Shown piece by piece: positions 47,908 to 58,200 of a stretch of 64,000 nucleotides of DNA. Below the pieces are notes generated by a model that searched no databases, was not told the DNA's origin, and worked only from the letters and a program-made list of their open reading frames with translations. Source of the DNA: Amoebophrya sp. A120 (Eukaryota; Protista; Dinoflagellata). The translations under genes were made by a program, and so were the position numbers. The stretch is taken from positions 1,674,001 through 1,738,000 of the forward strand of contig CAJINV010000008.1 in assembly GCA_905178155.1 (NCBI GenBank). The letters run 5' to 3'. Each line of letters begins with the position of its first letter. Within the stretch, counting starts at the first letter, position 1.

Positions 47908-49743
47908 GCTTTCGGTGTCGGTACACGTTACAAAGCTGGTCTACGCTGCTCGTGGGCGGGACTCGATAGCGCAAGTGGCCACTACCTTCATGATTTTTTG
48001 CTACCTTCTCTTTAAAGAAGGCTCTGAGAGGTGGAACTAGTATTGTGCAAGACCTACAAAGCCCCAACACTCACTCCCACTGATCGCTGCAGTTCCCTCT
48101 TAAGATGCAATTTTATCCTTTTTCAAAAAGTTGCTTCTGTTTGGCTTGAACTTCTTTCTAGAATGATCAACGAAAGAATGTCTAAACATGTTTTTTACTT
48201 GGAGCCTCTTACTTTTCTAAAAATAATCCTGCCTGCGACTGAGTTCGAATCATGGAATGATCGACATCGACATCGAGTGAAAATGAAACTCGAACTCAAC
48301 AAACGAGCTTTCAGCAAGAAAATCATGCCAACATCGAAGTCGATCTCGATGGTGGATCGAACCAAAACAGCTCTGCTGCGATGCTAAAGATTGATCAAAA
48401 GATAGAAATCGCGTCCTGTCATCAATACGAGATTGAGACAGCGGAGATCACTTTCATACTCACAACCAGCCGCGGTCGGAAAACTGTCAAATGAAACAGA
48501 CTGTGACCACTGGGTCACCTAGTAGTCACCACGATGACTGTCGCGAAGATACAAGAGCATCAATGAAAAATGAAACGTGAGCAACAGCTCCAGCAAGATC
48601 TTACGTTGCAAAAGGTTTAGTCGATTGAAACACCACGATTACAGTTTACGAAAAGACCATCGAAATAACAACTAGTAGTGCCGGGTAAAGAACCATTTTC
48701 GTCTTTGCTTGATTTTCAAGATTTTGACCTCTCAACTTTATCATTTTGACTGGTGTCGCTCCTGTCGACTTGCTTCCCTCAAAATTTACTCCCCGAAACC
48801 AAGAGCAAAACTTGGATCCTTGCCTGTGATACTGATCCCTACAAAAAACGATTTTTTTTTCGAACAGGAATGAACAACAGGAGCAGACCCCCTGCCCACC
48901 ACTTCTCCTCGTCGTGTTGCGAATATGCGTGCTGCTCGTATGTTTGGCTCTAGTAATCCATTGTGATGAGAAACAGCGTTGTCTCTCGAATCTTCATTTG
49001 CAAAAGTTCGCCGTTGATGCACCGTCTCGTGCTACAACCTCAACACGAGAAGGTGCAAGGCATACTTAAACATTCGCGTTTTCGATACCATAAGTGCGAT
49101 CGCTTAAAAAGCTCGTGTTTTCTACACACCACGGTCAAGCTCAAACTCAAACAGTTCATCTCAAGCACGCCAAAAATAAGGCGTCGGCGACTTAACGCTC
49201 ACAGGCAAGTATTTTCACACACGGACGATAAGAGTGGGCTTCTCCTTGTACATTGATTGTAAGAAATGAAAATGAAATCAAGCGCCTCCAGCATAGAAGA
49301 AGAAACGATTTCACCTATTAGCTCAATGCTGATAGAAACTCAACATCATTCAGGGTTCGATTCCCTCTTTGTATTTTGGAAAACCGTAATACTTGAATAG
49401 GAATTTTGAAAAAGTTTTCCGCCGTGAAGCAAAAGCGCATACTGCGATAGGCTCCAAAATGTCAAATTGATAGAACGCAACACTCAGTGACTAGTGGTCT
49501 GAGCTTGGAAATAAGACGCAGAGGGAGCATCCCGATACGGAAATCTAACAGCTCTCTATCGTGGCTATCCGAATCCGCGCGCGTTGGTTTGTGTCGGTCC
49601 TAGATAGAGGACCGCTCGCATGACAAAAGTCTCAAAGAAACCGCTCGCAATTGAAAATTCTTCGAATGTTCTCGAGACCTCGATGAATCGCAAACTAACG
49701 TACATGTGACGACAACGTGCTTCCTTTATTAAGCCATTACTTG

Positions 49744-52131
49744 CTAGGGCTTGGGCGGAGCGACGTGCGACCCGGTGGTGATTGGCTTCGTGCAAATGCA
49801 ATACCCCGAGATCAGGCGTGCCTTTGGCTTTGCCGCTTTTGGAGACGACGTAGCAGAAGTGATGTTATTTTCTGCCCCCTTTGTTGTAGCAGCAGCAAAC
49901 AATCCGGTGCTATTCGCGATGTCGTCACTTTCCTTGACAATTACCCGGACGCCCGTCATTGCCTTGCGCACCTTTTCCACCACGTTCGGCCCAGCGTTTT
50001 GATCGCACAGCGCCATGACAGCCGGCCCGGCGCCGGAGAGAAAAGCCGCCACGCAGCCTGGTTGCTCCAACGCCGCCTTCATCACGGGCTTCAGGTGCAG
50101 GTGCACGGTTTCCGCACGTACGTCTTGGTGCAGCGCGTCCTGAGTGCCGATCCGAAGCAGAGACAGGTTCCCCGTGTGCATGGCGTTGATCAGAAACGCC
50201 ACCCGGGACACGTTGAACACCGCCTTTTCCAGTGGGACAATCTGCGGCACCAGCCCCCTCGTCATCTCCGTCTTCGTCTGCCGCTCCTTCTGCTCGGTCG
50301 TTTTGGTATTATTTTCCAACGGCCCCAGATCATTATCCATGTCCGTTCCACGACCTCCGGCTACGGCCGCTGCCACTACCATCGCTGGCGGAATCGACAT
50401 GTTCGTGGAGGAGCTCGTCTGGTCAATCTCCCGCGAGGAGTCGCCGGACAAATCACCTCCTGCGCTCGTCCCGCCCGTCAAACCAGCCATTGGCGTCGTG
50501 GTCGTCGTGGAAGCGGAGGCTGCGCTCGTGGACGTCGGCAACGCGTGTTTGTTGTACGAAGTGGTCACTGTTGTACCACCAGGAGCTCCAGGCCCGAGCT
50601 TTTCGTCGTGGTGGAACACGCGATCGGACGGCGAAAACATCTTCTGTGCGCGCTCCGCCTGCTGCTGCATTTCCACTTCCGCCTGCCGCTGCAAATTCTC
50701 GGAAGAAATGGACCGCGTCCGGGACACAACCCGGCCTGCAACCGCCGTAGGCTGCAAAATATTCTGCGGTGGCTGGCCGGCTCTGGCGGCCCGTTCCTCG
50801 AGAAAAGCCGCGAACTCCGGATCGTTTCTGTCGTCCAGGTCTTCCTCGTCGTCCCAGAACTCGTCGTCAGCACTCTTGGACGCCGCGTCCGCCAACACGT
50901 TACCCTGCGCGTCGCAGTAGGGCACGTTGTCCTCCGGAATGAAGATGACGCAGCGCAGCGCCTCCGGCACCGGTACCGCGGACGTCACCACCTTTTTCCG
51001 GTTCCGGCACAGACTTTCGTCTTTGGTCAGCGAGTAGGAGGTGGTGGTCTGCAGCTCCTTGGTCGGAATGCGGCTGCTGATGATGGCGCCCTTGTTCCGC
51101 ACGCGCTCTAAATAGCCCGCCGACCGCCCCCGGACCTGCTTCTTGTGGCCGCTTCCCCCGCTGCGATTTTTGCTTCTCTCACCCCTAGGCGTCCCGGTTC
51201 GGTCCGTCACACTCCGGCCGCGGACGGGTGCGGCCAGCGCGGACGTGCTTTTAAACAGGTTTCCCGCGGCCCGGTCTTCCGGCAACTCCAATTCGTCGAT
51301 AACATCTTCGAAAAGCGGTGGTGGTGGAAGTAGTTGTGCACCAGCAGCTGTCGGGGAGTTCCTCCGACTGCCGTGCTCGTTGTCGAGGTGTTTCGGCGAA
51401 GATGAAGAATTCGGGGGCAATAAGCAGGATTCTGACGGGTCGCGCGGCAGCAGCGCAAAGTCATCCAACTCCACCTTCTCCATCGCGGTGGCAATCTGCA
51501 TCCCGCCGAACACGCATGGCGCTACGTTGTCCGGGTGCCCTTCGAGATGGTTAGCGATTTCCAGCACCAGCGACAGGTCGGCGCTGCGGTTTTCCAGCGC
51601 TAGCCCGGCCAAAATCCCCGCGACCAGCGCCGCGGAACTGCTGCCCATGCCCTTGCCCACGGGGACACGGTTCACACAGTGGTATTTCAACGTGGGCGCG
51701 GGCTTCTGCATCACCGCATACGCGGCTTCAACGCCTGGAGGTGTGTGAAAGAGAAAAAAGTTCTTTTAGTTTCAGCAGGTGATTCTACTTCAAGCCTTGG
51801 TTAATCACGAGGCTGTGAAAGGGAAAAAAGATGAAAGAAAACGGTATCGACAGCATCAAGTTGAACACATAAACGTCAGTTAAATTTTCTTTTTACCTTT
51901 GCAGACAAAGTTCTTGTCCTTGATATTTGTCTCTTTCTCGAGGTCCTCATCGGTCTTTCCGACGTACAAGTCCTCGCCTTCGGTGGTGAGCGAAAACTTG
52001 GTTGCTCGTTCAACGGTAACCTCATTCCACACGTCCAGAGCCATGCCGCAGCAGTCGAAACCAGGGCCCAGGTTTGCCGTCGTCGCCGGTGCGCGGACGG
52101 TAACCTTTTTCACAACGGAGTTGCTGCTCAT
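49744..52131 (-). CDS. thrB: Homoserine kinase (GHMP family), 2 exons, large insertions
   Basis: VRAPATTANLGPGFDCCGMAL, VPVGKGMGSSSAA, EGHPDNVAPCVFGG, AVFNVSR, QDALHQ, FLSGAGP. GT-AG intron 51896-51735 (AAAG|GTAAAA...TCCAG|GC). Confidence 0.93.
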
Positions 52132-53119
52132 GGTGAAGGCGCCAGCGGCCGCGAAGTGCGAACGAGAGGAAGGCGTTGCAGTTCCAGTTGCACTTGCAGC
52201 TGTGTCAAGAAGCAAATAATTAAGCACAAAAATATCAGCAGCAGTTGCGGCCTCGCCTCGCCTTTACCAGACTCTGGAGTGACGAGCGGGAGATCCACGA
52301 AGCTGGCTAGGACTGAGGCTAATCCTAGAGGAAAATCCTTGTGACGAATGAAATTCTTCAGACCACGATCGCATCGTTTACAGATGCGATGAAGTACTGT
52401 AGATCGTCTTGACAGCTACTTTCTTTTTCTTAAATTTTTTTTGTAGTAAAATCATGACGGCTAGTCTTAGTGTTAGTCATGTGCGCCTTTACGAAACAGC
52501 GGGAGTCGCGTGTTAGTTGGATACTCCGCAAAGCAAAGAAAAGGGTACACTTGAAAACAAATTGCAATGAATAATTTGAAAGCGACGTACGTTGCGGTCG
52601 TTGCGAGTGCAAATGCAGTGACTACAAGTAAAAAAAACTTTCTACTTTTTTTTGGTCCAAACAAGAAGGATGATGAAGACGAGTAGGGTAGTGACGAGAA
52701 GTATTTTGCGAATCAATGAATGCGCGGGGAAAAATTATGGGTCTGATTTTGCAAGAACAGTGAAAATCATCTGTGCATCAAAACCATTCAACATCTTATC
52801 GTCCCCCGTGATCGGTTGGTGGTTCTCGTCCTGTGTGTGTGTTGACCGAAAAAATTGTTCGCACCAGCGGACCGAAAAATGCGACCTATGAAGGTTGGTG
52901 TAACCGAGTAAGTTGAACAAATGAATCGCCGATAAAACCGCGCCATGTCACGGTCAAGAAACCCCATGCTGTTGAACACAACTTTAAGTTCCAGTTTTTT
53001 ACGTTGAAGGGGACGCACACAAGCCTCAATCAATTTCTTTTCCCGCATGGACGAAGCAGACAAAGACGTGGAAAAGCAAAGGTCGTGCACGAAATTATCA
53101 CTTTACACCTTTAATGCAG

Positions 53120-54414
53120 TTAATCCACCATGTCCAAATCATCGTAAGTGCCTGCAGAGTTGTTCAAATTGTTCTGGCGAAAAAAAAGTAGCACTGTATC
53201 CCCGTCGGCCAAAGCAATGTCGACGGGTCTCAGATTCCAGGCGACCTCGCTGCCGGAGTAAGAAAAGATGAAGTTCCCCAACAACAAGTCACTTTTCTCC
53301 TGCTCCGAAAAATCTCGCATCTCTGCTGCAAGCTGATGCTGCTCCTGCATACCTCGATTGTTTGTTCCCGTAGTGGACGCCGATATAGCTGCGAGGTTCC
53401 TTACTTCTGTTTGAATCTCCGCAAACGTTGCGCTGGGTGGCACCTCGCAATAAAACGCACATGAAGTCGTGTATCGATGAGGAAAGAAGCGCTTCTGCTG
53501 GAGAGTGTCAGTCTTGGTTTTTTTACTTTAGCAATGCGTAATGGCTGACCTTCACTACACTGTTGAGGTGGATATCGGCGAAAAAAAGAAACCACTCATA
53601 CAAAAAGGGGCGTGTTTCTCCCCTTTCGCGTGATAAGTAGCCGTGCACCCCTTGTTTTTCTACTCGTTCATCATAACAACGAGCTATCACCTTTTGTGAA
53701 GCGCAACATGCATCATGATCTGCAGAAAGTAAAAATAGTTTGAGCGCGAGCACGACACTTTGCCTTCCTCGATATTAACTTGGATAGAGAGGACGACTTC
53801 GCATTTCTTTGCACCGAGAAACGGAGCTGCATGCGCGGCTGCGGCACTTGTTGTCTACCAGCAGCGGGATGATTTGGCTGGTTTCCACCAGCGCCTTGAT
53901 CTAGCAGACTCGCACGTAGCGCTTGCTGGATCATTGCTTCCTCCTGTGCAGCAGCCTCATGTTCGGAAAGGTCGTTGTCGTGCTGATCTTCGTCGTCCGA
54001 CTCATTTTCCTCGGAAAAATCTGCGGCGTCCGGCTGGAAGAACAAATGCGTGATTTCGGGCGGCAATGGCCTTTCGTCCTGCAAAAAGTTGTTTTCGTCG
54101 TCGTCGTACCGAAATCCAGAGGCGGTGGTCGACGAGAACGTCACGCTCTGCAGCCGGAAATTCCCCTTGAGCTTGAAACCGTAGACTTCCTGCCAGAGTC
54201 TGCGAATCTCTTTCAGCTTCACCTCCTGCTTCAGGTTCCGCACGGGGACGGCGAGCTCCATGATCTCTGCCTGTCCGCTGCTGCGATCCTCAAAGTGAAT
54301 CTGGAAAACCCGTTCTTTTTCTTGGCCAGACGTTGCTCCGCCGGGGTTCTTTTTTTTGTTTTTGCTCCAGCTTGGTAAGCTGGAGCTCACCGATTTCCGA
54401 AGGGCTGTGAACAT
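53120..54414 (-). CDS. Protein with a UIM-like motif between two putative ubiquitin-like folds, 2 exons
   Basis: EEAMIQQALRASLLD matches the UIM consensus. The C-terminal FIFSYSGSEV...RPVDIALADGDTVLL resembles a Ubl/SUMO end. A putative GC-AG intron 53763-53444 joins ORFs 53713..54414 and 53120..53443 in frame. Confidence 0.5.
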
Positions 54415-55232
54415 GTTTCCGGATTATCTTTGTTGCAGCCTACTTAGTCACATGCACAAATCGACTTGGCAGAAAAGAAGAACGCAACAAAATGAGCTCT
54501 GTTCTGCGGTGTTGCCATACAAAGTTCGGATCAGAATGGAAAAAAGTACTCCTGGGAAAAGCGGACGGTGCCACGATACACCAAAAAAGCGAAGATAAAA
54601 ACGAAAGCGATAGACGACTGATAACGACAATTTTAGCTGCGCCCAGCTGTGCGATAAAAATTAATATGTACCTAGATCATGACGTGGAAACTCATGCTGG
54701 ATGTACAACTTACTAAGCTATCAGGAAGGGGCTTTGCTGTTTATGGGGTGCTTGTCATGGAGGTCCTTTTTGTTTTCCAAAAACTGACGAATCTTCCGAA
54801 AGTGAAGCTCAAATCTCGAGATGCTACAGCAACAGCAGCAGCACTGCAGCAATTAACAAAATGGAAATGCAAATCGACTTTCATCAAGTTGCACCGAACA
54901 GTGAGAAGTCTGAGCAGGAGGCCTCGAGTCGACAAATTCATTCACCGATTTGCTGTTCGAGTTCTTCAGTGTTCACATCAAGGTTTGCTCAAATAATTTT
55001 TTATTTTTTCAGACAGATCATGGAAAAAAAACACCGATGAAAGCAAGTAAATCCATGTTCATCTCCGCTTCTTATTTCTTTAGCGCCTCACTCAACAGCT
55101 AGTGAACTCAGTCGCGATTCAATGCACTGCGCCATGCGCGTTGAATCACGATGCAGGCACGGTCTTTCAGTGACGACGTGTAGGCTGGACACTCACCATA
55201 TCATGCTTTTCTCATCTGCTGTGGCTAAGTAT

Positions 55233-58200
55233 TCAGAGTGTTTCGTCAACATCATCAGTGTTCTGTTTACTTTTGCCTTTATTGCGGTTCTGTTTTTTGC
55301 CGCTCGCGGTCGATGTGTTTGTTCCATTCTTCTCACCGTCGCTGCGGCGATTCGACTTCCCGGATGGATGCTCACTGTGAAGACCTTTCTCGATTTTCTT
55401 TGTGCCCTTGCCCTTAGCCATCTTACCACTTCCTTTGTTGCCGGTGCGATGCTTTCCATTGGAAACCTTCGCATCCACAACTTCGTTGTCCTGCGGGCTG
55501 GGGCCTGTCCCGCCACGACTGTCTGCGTTTTTCTTATTGTTCTTCAATTTTTCATTTTTTCCGCGCGCTCCGTGCTTTCCGATAGCTGCAGATGATGAGC
55601 CTGCTTCTGCCCCCAATAATTCCTGTCGGTCGAGTTCCTCTGCGAGCTCCATAGCGGCGAACCGGGCCTCGATTTCCGCAATCTCGGCTTCCTCCTGCTC
55701 AATGCGTTCTAGCTGCTGCAACGTTTGCAGGTCGAACGCCAAGTTGCGCCGCGTTTCCGGCATCGCTTGAAAGCCCCAGGAATTCTTTGTTGGGTCGTCG
55801 ACCTTGTTCCCGCTTTTGGTATTTTTCGCAGTTGTTGATGACAGTATTTGTACGGCTGTCGAGGAAGACGACTCGGGTCCACGCCCTTGCTGCGAGGACG
55901 GCGGGGGAGACGACGCACTAAGGCAGCTCAACGCGTGCTTCGCCGGCGTTGTTTTGGCATTTGTTGTCGTACTTCTAGATGATGTTGAGGAGACGAATAT
56001 TTCCACCGGAACAGCAGGCAGACTTCCCTTTCGCGATCCGGTCGAGCTTGAACTCGAGATTGCGCGACCTGCTGCTCCTCCCGAGGTTGCCAAGGAAGTT
56101 GACGCTGGGACAGCACCTGCGCCAGCACTCAGAGTAGCTGTATGGTGATGGGCTTGCTGCGCAGCGAGTTGCAACTCTTTGGCCCGCCGCGCCCCTTGCT
56201 CTTCTTCAAAAATTTCCGCCAGCGTGGCGGGCTTGGTTGTGTTTGTCGTGTGTGCTCTTACGCCACCAACGTCCCAGACAGAGGAGTTCGAAGCGCCAGT
56301 TCCTGGAGTTGCACTTGAGGCACCTTGCGAATTTTTTCCGGCAACATGCTCATGTGATGATATGGAGCTCGACAACGTCTCACTGGCAGATTTGGCTGTG
56401 GTGTTGGCAGTCTCTGATAATTGAGTAACCGGCTTGGTCTTGCCTTTGTTCTGGTTCCTTTGGACTGTAGCATTCGGCCGCACTTGGTTCATTTCTACAA
56501 CAGCACCGCGCACTCGTGGATGCTGTCCTCCGTTGGCCTTCCCCGCAGCGCTTCCCGGGGTAGCTGCAAGCCAGTCCCCGAGAACAAGCGATCTCTTGGT
56601 AGAGGGCGCGGGTTCCTGTTCGGAGGCGACACTGTTTCGGGACTTTGCTTGCGCCTCGTCGTGAAAAGATGATCTTTTCTTCTCGCTTTTGCTCTTTCGC
56701 GATGACCCAATTTCCGTCCACGGCCCCTTAGCTATTTCCTCATCCAGCTCGCTCCTTGTTTTGGCGCTTGAAGCAGTTGCGCGCTCATTTGCTCCCTTTG
56801 ACGAGTAAACGTCTTGTATCAGTCCTGTGGAAAGCCGCACCGCGTACAGGTAGTCGCTGTCAAGCTGCTCGTTGCTTGGTTCATCCGGCTTGTTGGCGCT
56901 CCTCTTCTGGCTTCCATCATCTAGCTCCTCGTCTTCTACTCGAGTCGCGCGCTGTTCGTCCGTGCTTCCGGCGCTGACCCTAGAAGTATTTTGCGCACTA
57001 GGTGGAGGTCCCTTGTTGTGCTTTTGCTTCTTTTTCTTGTTACTCCAGAAGGAGGGGCCCCGCGAGCTATTGGCGCTTTTCTGCTGCGTGAGCTGTGACG
57101 ATCCCCGTGCCGTCGTGGTGCTGGCATTGCTATTCATCTGCAGCTGCATCTCACTGTAGTCCGCGCTGTTTCGGCTCTCCTCTCCGGCGATTACGGACGG
57201 ACGCGCTGCTAGGTACTGCTCGGCGCATAGCCCGTTAATTTTGGAGAAGATACCGAGTTTGTGGGACTTCCTCTTCGTGCTGGACGCTTCATTGCTGCTG
57301 CAGGTCATGGCCTGCATGCTAGCCGCCAAAACTCGCTTGCTGTAGGAAGTACTCAAGTACGCCGCAGCACTGCAAAGGGTGCTGCCCTGCGCATACGCAT
57401 CTTCCTCATCCTCCAAAAAGTCGCGTGAAGTCACCTGCAGCAGAACGGAGTTCCGAAAACCGAGGTAGCCCCCACATTTTTCCCACTCTGCGAGCAATTT
57501 TCCGATGTAGCTCTTCTCCAAGTTTTCTTCGCGGTGCAGCAACACAACCTGCGCCCAATTTTTTGACAACACGTCGAAACAGTAGTTCCACAGCAACCCC
57601 AACGTGTACAAAATCGCGTAGTCCAAGAAGTCCAACACTGTGAAGGGGGTGACTTTCCCACTCCGGATAATCTGCCGCTCACACAGCAGCACGAGAGACG
57701 GAAACAGTTGTGGTTTCGTTTGTCTGGCCGACGTTTTTCCGGAGGTTGCACCGGGCTGTTCGCTAGCGTGGCCGTCTTGTTCTGAGGTAGAAGTCGTCGA
57801 GGTTCGTGGGAGAGCCGGATCTACTGCTTGCGGTTCGGCTCCTACGAGATTCTGGTTTTCGTTCAGGTTGTGCACGACTGCAGGGGTTATGCCGAAGCCA
57901 GATTCATGCTGCGAAACATTGCCGAATCCATAACTGCCCGGCACGTCGGAGGTATTGGGTGGCAAATCGAAAGCTCCGGGAGCTCGTCCACCAAAACTGA
58001 AAGCGTTCATCTCGGCATGGAAATCATATCCCCCAAAATCATGATCAAGATGCATTTCGTCATACAGCAGGTGTTCGTAGTGCTGCTGTGTGTGGAAATC
58101 TTCAAACCTGGAAAGCCGCCACTTCTCAGACACTTGCTCCAAGTGCGCTTCTACCTCAGGAAGCCGGAAGCTGCTCTGCAACTGTAGGACCTCCTGAGCT

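Noticed and set aside
48500-48545. Two small hairpins (gtgacc/ggtcac and agtca/tgact) upstream of the RNF213-like gene
   Set aside because: Stems of 5-6 bp are expected by chance.
48943-48953. SL-like TTTGGCTCTAG on the + strand
   Set aside because: Only 10/11 nt match, it is on the opposite strand to all genes, and it is plausibly chance.
30639-51111. Long + strand ORFs (30639..31610, 38955..40124, 41566..42459, 49717..51111 and others)
   Set aside because: They are antisense shadows of motif-bearing minus-strand genes and have no recognisable domains.
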